DNA from: a virus
Virus record (IMG/VR): IMGVR_UViG_3300007960_000002
Span: 4,038-68,037 of that record
Direction: 5' to 3' (one strand)
Length of the DNA: 64,000 bases
Shown here: positions 18,230-28,100 of the stretch, piece by piece
Position numbering within the stretch: the first letter of the stretch is position 1
How the letters are laid out: each line of letters opens with the position of its first letter
The notes under the pieces: generated by a model
What the model was told of the DNA's origin: nothing
Databases searched by the model: none
Seen by the model: the letters and a program-made list of their open reading frames with translations, nothing else
Program-made: the position numbers and the translations under genes

Positions 18230-20199
18230 TGCTTACTGGATTAAAATTAGCAAATAAACTCTATGATGACTATACTTCCTCTATGCAGAGAGGTCATCAA
18301 AATTACATCCTTAATGCTAAGAAATTAGAAAATACATATTTAGGGGCTGGTAGACATTGGGATGAGGAAGATAAAGCACAATTAGATGCTGAAGGAAAGC
18401 CAGCCCTAGAAATCAATCTTGTTTATTCCACTATCCAGTCTCTTCTTGGTTTTCAAACCCAGTCTAGAATGAATATTGCATATCAGCCTAGAGAGACAGG
18501 AGATCAAGAAGTTAGTGAAATCCTCACTAAAATTTCTCTTTATGAATTAGATAAAAATAAATTTCCTTGGATTGAATCACAAGTGTTTTCTGATGGTATT
18601 ATCCAGCAACGTGGATATTTTGATATTCGTATGGATTATGAAAAGGATTTAAATGGTCAAATTAAAGTTGAAGCTTTAGATCCTATGGATGTTATTCCAG
18701 ACCCTGATGCTAAATCATATGATCCGAATGATTGGAAGAAGGTAATGGTTACAAAATGGCTTCCATTAGAAGAAATCAAAATCCTCTATCCTAAAAAATA
18801 TAGACAGGTGATGAACACCTCTGACCATGATAGTGATTGGGGTGATGATGAATGGGGTATAGAACGGAATAAATTTGGAGACAGTTATACATCTAAGCCA
18901 TATCATACAGATAAATATGGAGAGAAGTATATAAGAGTTTTAGACACTCAATATCGTAAAGTAGTAAGGAGAGATTATTTCTATGATAGTGAGGCTGATG
19001 AACTTATTCCTGTTCCAGACAGTATGACACAAAAAGAAGCTAAGAGAGAAGCTAAAAAACTAGGAATGGAGATTATTACTAGGGTTACTAATCGTATTCG
19101 TTGGACTGTTTCTACCAGGGATGTAATTTTACATGATGATTGGAGTCCTTATGAACATTTTACTGTTGTGCCTTTCTTCCCTGTATTTCGTAGAGGCCAA
19201 ACCTTAGGATTAGTTGATAATCTAGTTTCTATTCAGGACAGTTTAGATAAAGTGTGGAGTCAGGTTTTACATGTTATTAATACTACTGCCAACAGTGGAT
19301 GGATAGTAGAAGAAAATAGTTTAACTAATATGGATACAGAGGATTTAGAGGATCATGGTGCTAAGACTGGATTAGTTGTAGAATATAAAAGGGGATATAC
19401 TCCTCCACAGAAGATTGAACCTAATAAAATTCCAACAGGTTTAATGGAATTTCTTAATTCAACTGTTGGTTTTATTAAAATGGTAGGTATTGTCTCTGAT
19501 GCGTTTCAGGGACAAAAGGGGAATGAAGTAAGTGGCCAAGCAATTCAGCAACGTGTAGCTCAAACTGCTATTGGTTTGAGTGCTATGATTGACAACCTTT
19601 TATATACACGCAATTTAGTAGCTACAGTGATTCTTAATCTTATTCAAAACTTCTATACTGAAGAACGCACATTTAGGATTATTTCTGATAGAGATACACA
19701 AAAAGAAGCTGATGAAGAAATTGCTATTAATCAACCTGAAACTATGATGGATGATACAGGTGAAGTAGTAGAGAGAATTGTAAACGATGTTACAGTTGGC
19801 AAGTATGATGTAGTTATCTCTGATGTACCTACTCAAGTGAACTACCAGCAGGGACAATTGCAAGAAGCTTTAGAGTTTAGGAAGTATGGAGTGGGTATTC
19901 CTGATGATGAGATGGTTAAACTTTCTACTCTTACTAGAAAAAATGAAATTGCTAAAAGGCTTTCTGGTGAAGCTAATGAAGCACAGCAACAACAGATGCA
20001 GATGCAAATGGAACAGCTCAGAGCACAGATTTCTGAGATTAATTCTAAAGTGGAGAGTAATACAGCGGATGCACAAAAGAAAATTGCTGAGGTAGCTCAG
20101 ATTATAGCTGAACAGCCCCAAACTGCTGCTATTATGGATCAATTAGAACAAGAAGAGAATACCACTGAACAGCAGCAATTAGGTCAAACATTGTATTAA
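18229..20199 (+). CDS. Portal protein (P22-like)
   Basis: Follows TerL with a TGATG overlap; size and motifs (GKPALEIN, VGKYDVVI, Q-rich C-terminal coil) fit podoviral portals. Confidence 0.85.
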   Translation: MLTGLKLANKLYDDYTSSMQRGHQNYILNAKKLENTYLGAGRHWDEEDKAQLDAEGKPALEINLVYSTIQSLLGFQTQSRMNIAYQPRETGDQEVSEILTKISLYELDKNKFPWIESQVFSDGIIQQRGYFDIRMDYEKDLNGQIKVEALDPMDVIPDPDAKSYDPNDWKKVMVTKWLPLEEIKILYPKKYRQVMNTSDHDSDWGDDEWGIERNKFGDSYTSKPYHTDKYGEKYIRVLDTQYRKVVRRDYFYDSEADELIPVPDSMTQKEAKREAKKLGMEIITRVTNRIRWTVSTRDVILHDDWSPYEHFTVVPFFPVFRRGQTLGLVDNLVSIQDSLDKVWSQVLHVINTTANSGWIVEENSLTNMDTEDLEDHGAKTGLVVEYKRGYTPPQKIEPNKIPTGLMEFLNSTVGFIKMVGIVSDAFQGQKGNEVSGQAIQQRVAQTAIGLSAMIDNLLYTRNLVATVILNLIQNFYTEERTFRIISDRDTQKEADEEIAINQPETMMDDTGEVVERIVNDVTVGKYDVVISDVPTQVNYQQGQLQEALEFRKYGVGIPDDEMVKLSTLTRKNEIAKRLSGEANEAQQQQMQMQMEQLRAQISEINSKVESNTADAQKKIAEVAQIIAEQPQTAAIMDQLEQEENTTEQQQLGQTLY

Positions 20200-20218
20200 A
20201 AAATATTTTTAAATTTAG

Positions 20219-20246
20219 GGAACTTTTTTAAGTTTTTATTGTCTAA
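20219..20246 (+). promoter_or_regulatory. ECF/sigmaE-type promoter for the scaffold/capsid operon
   Basis: GGAACTT-TTTTAAGTTTTTATTG-TCTAA. Confidence 0.75.
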
Positions 20247-20320
20247 GTAAATATAAGTAGGAAATTTCGTCTACTAACTACGATAAGTTAGGATTTCGTC
20301 TACCAACGATAAAGGTAATT

Positions 20321-20533
20321 GTGGAAGATATAAATTATGAAGAAAAATTTCAAGAAATTCAAAATAAATTATTGTCTGTTGAGGAAACCCTCCTGGATGA
20401 TATTCTAAATGGGGATAATACAGAGAAAAGATCACTTTGTGTACATTCTTTTTTAGAATTTAGACAAGCAATGTCAGTTAGTCAATTAGGATTTATTCCA
20501 GAAGAGGAACCAGAAGATGCCCAAGACAGTTGA
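20321..20533 (+). CDS. Small hypothetical protein
   Basis: AAGGT RBS and GTG start. Confidence 0.55.
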   Translation: MEDINYEEKFQEIQNKLLSVEETLLDDILNGDNTEKRSLCVHSFLEFRQAMSVSQLGFIPEEEPEDAQDS

Positions 20534-21557
20534 TGTATATGAACGAATGAAAGATGTAGATCCCGATTATATGGAAGATTTAGAAAATATGTCTGAAGAA
20601 GAGAGATTAAAGGCTATGGGATATGATTTTGATGATGAAGAAGAGGAAGAAGTAGATCCTGAAGAAGAAAAAGAAGAAGAAGGGGAAGAGGATAGTGGAG
20701 AAGATGAATCTGAAGATGAAGGTGAGCAAGGAGAGGATGAAGAAGAGGGAGAAGAAGCTTCAGAGGATGATGAAGAAGAATCCACAGATAAGGATGACAT
20801 TAGAATCCCTAAGGCCCGATTTGATGAAGCAGTTCAGACAGAACGAGAACGAAGGAAAGAATTAGAAACTAGGTTCAAGGAACAGGAAGAACGTAGTCGA
20901 TGGTTAGAAGAACAATTAGGTTTATTAATTCAAAATCAGCAAGCCCCTAAACGTGATATAGCAGAACCTAAAGAAGTATTTGATTTTGAAAAAGCAGAAG
21001 CTGATTATATTAAAGCCCTTATTTCTGGTGAAGATCAAGAAGCAGCAAAATTACGTAGTGTTATTAATAGGGAACAAGAGAAGCGATATGAAAGTCGTAT
21101 TTCTCAATTAGAGGAAAAGTTATTAAATAAAACTACAGAGTCTTATAAACGTATTTCTGATGAAGATAAACTTAATCTTGTGTTAGATAATGCTAGAAAT
21201 AAGTTTCATCAATTAGACGAAAGTCATGATGACTATGATGTAGATTTAGCAAATGATATTGATGCATTAGCTCAAGGTTATGTAGCTAGACAGAAGATTA
21301 ATCTAGCAGATGCTTATCAAAAAGCTATTGATCGTTCTATGAAGGGTGTAAAAAAAGAAGAAACTGTAGCACCATCTAAAGAAATCTCTAAAAGGAAAAA
21401 GGCTAAAGCTAAAAAGATTTCTAGTCAGCCTCCTAAAACTGCTGGTAGTAAGACTAAAGAAATTGATTTAGATAGCTTAGATGTTTCTAAGATGACAGAA
21501 GAAGATTTTGCTAAACTTTCAGATAAAGATATTTCTTACCTATTAAATAAAGCATAA
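20517..21557 (+). CDS. Scaffolding protein
   Basis: Acidic low-complexity N-terminus, IPKARFDE, coiled coil; lies between portal and capsid. Confidence 0.75.
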   Translation: MPKTVDVYERMKDVDPDYMEDLENMSEEERLKAMGYDFDDEEEEEVDPEEEKEEEGEEDSGEDESEDEGEQGEDEEEGEEASEDDEEESTDKDDIRIPKARFDEAVQTERERRKELETRFKEQEERSRWLEEQLGLLIQNQQAPKRDIAEPKEVFDFEKAEADYIKALISGEDQEAAKLRSVINREQEKRYESRISQLEEKLLNKTTESYKRISDEDKLNLVLDNARNKFHQLDESHDDYDVDLANDIDALAQGYVARQKINLADAYQKAIDRSMKGVKKEETVAPSKEISKRKKAKAKKISSQPPKTAGSKTKEIDLDSLDVSKMTEEDFAKLSDKDISYLLNKA

Positions 21558-21563
21558 ATCTTA

Positions 21564-21640
21564 GGCGGGGTAGAGAAGTGGTTGTTCTCGCCGGCCTCAT
21601 AAGCCAGAAATCGTAGGTTCAAATCCTACCCCCGCCTCCA
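21564..21640 (+). tRNA. tRNA with CAT anticodon (Met or Ile2)
   Basis: GGCGGGG/CCCCGCC acceptor, CTCATAA loop, TTCAAAT T-loop, encoded CCA. Confidence 0.9.
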
Positions 21641-21722
21641 ACTCCGGTATAGAGTTCTCCGATAAGGACTCTCGGTTATCACTCCGTGATGTGGGAAGTA
21701 ATTTTAAATTAGGTTAATAACA

Positions 21723-22838
21723 ATGGCACAAACTAGTTTTCCCTTAGCTACTGGTCACGGTAGTAAAATCGTATGGTCACGTCTTGTCTGGAAAGATGCT
21801 CGTGATCAGATGTTCATTAATAAGTTCTTTGGTGGTAGTGATAGTGTTATCAATCGCGTCACTGAACTAACTAAACAGGAACGTGGTGAGAGTGTTCGTT
21901 TCCAGCTCGTTGCAGATCTAATTGGTGATGGCACCATTGGTGATAACGAACGTGAAATGAATGAAGAATCTCTACAGAACTATGTAGATAACATCACTAT
22001 TGATCTTATTGCTAATCAGGTTAAAAATACTGGTAAGCTCTCTGATCAGAAATCTATCTTTGATTTCCGTTCCCTAGCTCGTGAGAAACTAGCCTATTGG
22101 TTAGCTAATCGTCTAGACCAGTTAGCTTTCTTAACCCTATCTGGCATTGATTATTCTTATAACAATGATGGTTCTACTCGTACTGATAGTGCATTTGCTA
22201 ATCTAGGTTTTTCTAGTGATGTATCTGCTCCTACCAGTAATCGTCATTATCGCGTAACTGCTGATGCTTCTGGTGTTTATACTGGATTAGAAGCTGGAGC
22301 TACTGCTTCAGTAGATGCTACTGATACTCTGTCCTATAAAGCTGTAGTAGATGCTTGTGTTAAGGCTCAGCGTAACTACATGCCTCCTCTTTCTAGTGGT
22401 GGCCAGGATAAGTATGTAGCTTTTATTTCTCCTGAAGGTTATGCCCAGCTTAAGAAGGATGATGATTTTCAACGTGCTGTTACTTCTGGTGGTAGCCGTG
22501 GTAGTGATAATCCTTGGTTTACTGGTGGCATTCAGACTGTTGATGGTGTAGTTTTTCATCCTCATCGTCTAGTGTTCAATACTCTAGGTGCTGCCTCTGG
22601 TAGTAAATGGGGTAGTGGTTCTACTGTCGATGGTAGTCGTATGCTACTATGCGGTCGTCAGGCTCTTGGTATGATTGATCTCGGTCCTCCAGAGTGGAAT
22701 GAAAAGACTTTCCAGTATGGGACTCAGCAGGGTATTTCTGTTGATAAGATGTTTGGTATGAAGAAACCTAAGTTCTATAATGTCAATACTGGCCAGGATG
22801 AAGATTTTGGTGTAATGGCTATTGACCACGCCATATAG
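21723..22838 (+). CDS. Major capsid protein (N4 gp56-like)
   Basis: VWSR, ELTKQERG, DFRSLAREKL and C-terminal DFGVMAIDHA, typical of this capsid family. Confidence 0.9.
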   Translation: MAQTSFPLATGHGSKIVWSRLVWKDARDQMFINKFFGGSDSVINRVTELTKQERGESVRFQLVADLIGDGTIGDNEREMNEESLQNYVDNITIDLIANQVKNTGKLSDQKSIFDFRSLAREKLAYWLANRLDQLAFLTLSGIDYSYNNDGSTRTDSAFANLGFSSDVSAPTSNRHYRVTADASGVYTGLEAGATASVDATDTLSYKAVVDACVKAQRNYMPPLSSGGQDKYVAFISPEGYAQLKKDDDFQRAVTSGGSRGSDNPWFTGGIQTVDGVVFHPHRLVFNTLGAASGSKWGSGSTVDGSRMLLCGRQALGMIDLGPPEWNEKTFQYGTQQGISVDKMFGMKKPKFYNVNTGQDEDFGVMAIDHAI

Positions 22839-22858
22839 TATTAAATTTTTAAAACTAG

Positions 22859-22886
22859 GGAACTTTCTGGTCTATTTGTTGTCTAA
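22859..22886 (+). promoter_or_regulatory. ECF/sigmaE-type promoter embedded in an RBS-sequestering hairpin
   Basis: GGAACTT-TCTGGTCTATTTGTTG-TCTAA. Confidence 0.75.
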
Positions 22887-22921
22887 GTAAGTGTAGACGA
22901 TAAATAGACTGGAGGTTCTAG

Positions 22922-23404
22922 ATGAAAGAGATTCAATTAACAAAGGGTAAAATTGCTTTAGTAGATGATGATATTTATAATGATTTAATTTGTGTTAGGT
23001 GGTGTTATACAAGTGGATATGCTTGGAATGGTTCTAGGGGTTTAATGCATAGGTATATTTTAGGATTACCTTATGTAAAAGGACATCGAGGACCAATTAA
23101 AGGACAAAGTCAGGTTGACCATATTAATGGGGATAAGTTAGACAACCGTAAGGAAAATCTCCGGGTTGTAACTTCTTCTGAAAACCAATTAAATCATTGT
23201 AAGACAAAAGGTAAATCTAAGTATCGGGGTGTTATCTGGGCAGAATCTTGTAAGACATTAAAGAAACCTTGGATTGCAAGAATTAAGCTCCCTGGAAAGC
23301 CTCGTAAATACTTAGGTAGCTTTGAGACTGACTATGAAGCTGCTATTGCTTATGATACATATGCTAAAGAAAATTGTCCTGAGTTTACTAAATTGAATTT
23401 CTAA
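22922..23404 (+). CDS. Free-standing HNH homing endonuclease with AP2 domain
   Basis: VDHINGDKLDNRKENLR; SKYRGV...WIARI...YLGSF..EAAIAYD. Confidence 0.9.
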   Translation: MKEIQLTKGKIALVDDDIYNDLICVRWCYTSGYAWNGSRGLMHRYILGLPYVKGHRGPIKGQSQVDHINGDKLDNRKENLRVVTSSENQLNHCKTKGKSKYRGVIWAESCKTLKKPWIARIKLPGKPRKYLGSFETDYEAAIAYDTYAKENCPEFTKLNF

Positions 23405-23462
23405 ATCCAATTAAAGATGTCCCGTTGTTGTTGAGGGACACAATACTTAGAAAGGTAATAAA

Positions 23463-23936
23463 ATGACTGCATTTACTACTGCTAATCTGAAAGATCGGAT
23501 TATGCGTGATGGCCTTAGCCAGAAGTTAAAAAAGACTCTACGTGATATTGCTGATAGTGTAGAAGCTGGTATTGATACTACTGCATCTGCTGCTGAAATT
23601 AATAATGTTGCTGATGTGTCTGCTAGAGTACAAGAATTAACTGCAACTGGGACTGTTACTACTGGAGTTCAATCCGTTGAACTAAATCATGCAACTGTTG
23701 CTGCTGCTGCTACTATTGCTGATAGTTCTAATCATGAAGGTCTTTTTATTGTAAAAGACACTTCTGCTTCTGGTACTGCTGCTCATTCACTAACATTAAC
23801 TTCAGGTACTTTTGATGGCACTAATAATAAAGCTACTATGAATGCTCCTAATGAAGCATTAGTAGTTTATTTTGATAGTGCTGGTAATGGTACTATTGTA
23901 GAGAATGTTGGTAGTGTAGCTTTATCGAGCGTTTAA
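23463..23936 (+). CDS. Virion structural protein (Ala/Thr-rich)
   Basis: Position in the head module; composition. Confidence 0.55.
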   Translation: MTAFTTANLKDRIMRDGLSQKLKKTLRDIADSVEAGIDTTASAAEINNVADVSARVQELTATGTVTTGVQSVELNHATVAAAATIADSSNHEGLFIVKDTSASGTAAHSLTLTSGTFDGTNNKATMNAPNEALVVYFDSAGNGTIVENVGSVALSSV

Positions 23937-23938
23937 TT

Positions 23939-24187
23939 ATGGCTGATCAAACACTTAATACATATGGTCATGCTGCTGCTGTAACTAAGCATGATACTAA
24001 TGCATTAACAACTCCTGCTGATGCTATCCTAGTAGTTGTTGCGGGAACAGTTAAACTAGTATCAGTTAGTGATGATACTGTAACTTTTACTGCCAGTGTT
24101 CCAGTTGGTACTGTTATTCCGATTAGAACAAAGCAAGTGTTTAGTACTGGTACTGCTGCAACAGTTGTTGCATTATATAACGATTAA
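23939..24187 (+). CDS. Small virion structural protein (capsid spike-base-like)
   Basis: Beta-rich; GTVIPIR..QVFSTGT motif. Confidence 0.5.
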   Translation: MADQTLNTYGHAAAVTKHDTNALTTPADAILVVVAGTVKLVSVSDDTVTFTASVPVGTVIPIRTKQVFSTGTAATVVALYND

Positions 24188-24248
24188 AAATTGAAATGAA
24201 AAGATACAACGGGACTTCCCTCGTTGTTGTTGAGAGAGGAAACTAAAA

Positions 24249-24662
24249 ATGACTATTTCTTACCAAAGAGATGTACAAGATCTTATTTCACGAAGTGTAG
24301 AAATTACTTATGATGAATTTACTTCAGGCACTGCTTTAAACGCAATTAAACTTCCTGATAATGCTACTGTCGTTGATGGTACTTATTGGGTGTTAACTGC
24401 ATTTGATAGTGGTACTTCTGACGCTGTAACAGTTACTTTTAATGGCCTGACCCTTATTAATGATACTGATGCTCAGGCTAAAGTACGTACTGCATTTACT
24501 ATGCCTACTACCACTGAAGCTGATGTTGATAAAGTAAGTGTGTCTACCCCTACTTGGGTACAGGCTACGCTAACTAGTGTAGGAACTGCAGCAACAGCGG
24601 GTAAAATTCGTATTGAAGTACGTTATTATGTTCGTGGCAGGGCTTTTGTACAACAGTCCTAA
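24249..24662 (+). CDS. Capsid decoration/cement-like protein
   Basis: LPDNATVV, TAFDSGTS and ATAGKIRIEVRY motifs. Confidence 0.55.
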   Translation: MTISYQRDVQDLISRSVEITYDEFTSGTALNAIKLPDNATVVDGTYWVLTAFDSGTSDAVTVTFNGLTLINDTDAQAKVRTAFTMPTTTEADVDKVSVSTPTWVQATLTSVGTAATAGKIRIEVRYYVRGRAFVQQS

Positions 24663-24678
24663 TTTATAATTAGATTTC

Positions 24679-24700
24679 AGTGCCAAGGACGGCACTTTTT
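24679..24700 (+). terminator. Intrinsic terminator with an AAGGAC loop
   Basis: AGTGCC-AAGGAC-GGCACT followed by TTTT. Confidence 0.75.
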
Positions 24701-24723
24701 AATTCTTAATTCGAGAATATAGA

Positions 24724-25107
24724 ATGCAAAAGAAAGAATTCAAATCTCCTACTGGAAAACCTATTCGTGCTATTTCTGATGATAATTTTCATATTTATTT
24801 AATTGAAGAGGAGTGGACTCCAGTAATTGAACCTTGTTGGCGTTCAGCTTATGCCCAAGGTGCTGTATCAAAAGATATGACTGGCTCTTGGAATTCTCCT
24901 GAAGAGACAGTAGCAAAAATGAAAGCTGAGGAAGATTTATTTATTAGTCAACTTAAAGATTATATGAAAGAAATTATTGATGAAGGTGATATTGAAAAGA
25001 TTGATACAAATGGAAAACCTAAAACTAATATATTAACTAAGTGGGCTAATGGTCGGGTAATTAATGCACGACTACGTGATCAATTATATAGACAGATCAC
25101 TAAATAA
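24724..25107 (+). CDS. Hypothetical protein
   Basis: 127-aa ORF in the structural arm. Confidence 0.6.
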   Translation: MQKKEFKSPTGKPIRAISDDNFHIYLIEEEWTPVIEPCWRSAYAQGAVSKDMTGSWNSPEETVAKMKAEEDLFISQLKDYMKEIIDEGDIEKIDTNGKPKTNILTKWANGRVINARLRDQLYRQITK

Positions 25108-25123
25108 GAGTTAGAGGTAGTTA

Positions 25124-28100
25124 ATGTCTGAGCATTTAAATTTAGCAAGAGAAGAAGGTACAATTGCCGCTAATGTTATTACATTAAGCGGTGTTGCTGT
25201 TAAGGGTGCTCAGACATTTTCAAATGCTGGTGCTGTTAATTCTACACAATATACAGTTACAGTACATCAAGGTAATAATCCTGAAGTATGGGCTTTATGG
25301 TTAGCTACATATGATAGTGGTGCTGGTACTCTTACTAGAGATAGTTTAGTTGATAGTCAAGGTAGTTTTGATGAAGGAGCTACAGTACAAGTATTCCAGG
25401 GTATTCAGAAAGCTGAATTAAATGATACATCGGATCATGTAGCCTCTACATCTAATCCACATAATGTTACTAAAGCTCAAGTTGGATTAGGGAATGTACC
25501 TAATTTAGATTTCACTGATGCTGCTAATGTTAGCATTACTGATGCTGCTGGAAAATATGATGCCACCACTGTAGAAGGAGCTTTACAAGAAGTTGGTGTT
25601 TCTTCTGATGACCATATAAATGATACTTCTAATCCTCATTCTGTAACCCATTCTCAATTATCAGATAAGGGTACAAATGATCACGCTGCAATTGATAGTC
25701 ATATTGCAAATACATCTAATCCCCACTCTGTTACTAAAACACAAGTTGGACTTGGTAATGTTGAGAATGTAGATACTACAGTTGCTGCTAATGTAGATAT
25801 TGTAGATGCTGGTGGTCAATATACGGGCACAGAAGTAGAAACAGCTCTACAGGAAGTTGGTCCTTCTGCCACTCAAACTCTAACTAATAAAACTTTAGAA
25901 GATCTAACTAATCAGATTCATGCTAATGCCATTCATTATAAGGTTAGATGTGTAGAAGCAGGCGGTATTAGTAAAGGGCAAGCTGTAGCTTATAGTGGTT
26001 GGAATGATGGATTAAATGCTGTAGAAGTGATATTAGCTGATAATTCAACTAATGTTGCTATTGGATTAGCTGGTATTGACATGTCTCTAAATGACATTGG
26101 TGGTGCAATAGCTTCTGGTGTTTTAGAGAACGTAGATACATCTGCTTATTCAGCAGGCACCATTCTTTATGTTAATGGGGTTGGAGATCTCACCTCTACA
26201 GAACCCACTACAGGTTTTGCACAACCCATTGCCTTCGTTTTACGTTCACATCTATCTCAAGGTGATTTACAAGTATTAGCTGACTATCCTAAGCAGGATG
26301 CTGAAGATGTACGTATTGATGATACTGGTGGGTATTTTGCTTCTAATAATGTAGAATTTGCTATAGCTCAATTAGGTGCTCATGAAGTAAATACATCTAA
26401 TCCTCATTCTGTAACTGCAGCACAGTTAAGTCTAGGGACAAGTGACTCTCCTACTTTTGCTGGTTTAACTATTACTGGATTAAGTGGTGTATTGAAAGCT
26501 GCTGCTGGAGTAGTTTCAGGCAGTGCAACCACAAGTGATATGCCAGAAGGTACTAACTTATATTACACAGAAGCGCGAGTATCTGCTAATACAGATGTTG
26601 CTGCTAATACCACACATAGAAGTAGCGACGGGACCGATCACACCTATATTGACCAGGACTTACGCACAACGGCAACGCCTGAATTTGCGGAGTTGGGGAT
26701 TGGTACTGATTCTATAACCCGTCAATTACACATTTCTGGATCTGACAGCAATATGTTGGGTCTGACCAACACATCGGGCAACGTAATTGCATATTTCCAG
26801 GCGGAAGATACAGCAGGAGTTACACAATTAAATTTTGGACCTAGTACAGACCCTGATAAAGGGCGTATTAGATATGAGAATGCTAATGATTCACTATCTT
26901 TCTACACGAGCAATTCCCGGCGTTTACTAGTTGACACATCGGGCAATGTAGGTATTGGTATTAACAGTCCAGAGGAAAGACTCCATGTCTCTGGAGGGGA
27001 TATTTTACTCGACAACAATACTCAAATTAAGTTTGATAATGCAGTAGGGACACCAAAGAAAGTATTAACAACCCTAGCCGATGATTCTGTTCTCTTATAT
27101 GGCTATGCTGAGGGGAATGTTATAAAGTCAGTTAATGGCGCAAATTATATCTATGATAATGCGGGCGCGACACTGCAAACACTGAAAGATGGCAATGTTG
27201 GTATTGGTGTTACTACACCCCAAGAAAAGCTCCATATGTTAGATGGAGATTTCAGACTACAGAATACAACCAATGGTGATGTCTGGTTAAAGAATAATGG
27301 GGTGAGAGATTTTGGAGTTTCCAATAGCTCAGCCAATGATTATTATTTTCGCATACAAAATGAATCCACTGGTGTTACCAACTTAACAGTTGATGGTAAT
27401 GTAGGTGTTGGCACCACTTCTCCCGGGAGCTATAAACTTGCTGTCAATGGCGGCGACGTTAGTATCATCGGAGGGACTGATACTAGATTGTTAATTGGGG
27501 ATACCTTAGGAACAGATGACTATGGACAGCTTCAGTGGGATACAACCGGGAACTACCTTTCTTTAGAAACTAGTGGGACATCACGACCTTTAGTTTTACA
27601 GCAAGATGGTGGCAAGGTAGGTATTGGCACGGATTCTCCAGACCACACTTTGCATGTAGATTCCGCTGGGTTGAATTCAGTAGCATTGTTTAAATCAACT
27701 GATGCCAACGCTTTCATTTATTTCCAAGATGGTTCTACAACCTCAGATCAATATTCTGCGATTGGTACTCTTGGGGATAAATTACAGTTAGCTACTGAAA
27801 ATACAGCTCGCCTTACTATTGATCAGGGTGATGTAGGTATTGGTACTGATTCCCCCTCCTGGCAGCTAACTGTAGCTAAAGCCGGCACCACTGATATAGC
27901 AATTCAGAACACCACTTCGGCATTCAATGCTGTATACAGTGCTGATACTGTTGGAGGCTTTTTAAAGTCTAATGGTGTTCTTCGCTTCGGTGCAGGTAGC
28001 TCATATACTGAATATGTACGACTAATCGAGAATGGCAATTTTGGTATTGGTACTACCGCTCCGAGCGAACTACTAGAAATCGCCCATACAGGTGCAAGTG

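Noticed and set aside
20567-20800. Poly-Ser antisense ORF
   Set aside because: Mirror of the GAA/GAT-rich acidic tract of the scaffold gene.
22839-23462. HNH-AP2 gene as part of a group I intron in the capsid gene
   Set aside because: The capsid gene ends with its normal C-terminus and no P/Q/R/S core is visible.
25430-28070. Fibre repeats as a CRISPR array or DGR template/variable repeat
   Set aside because: The repeats are degenerate at DNA level and in frame; no adenine-specific variant pair, reverse transcriptase or cas gene is visible.
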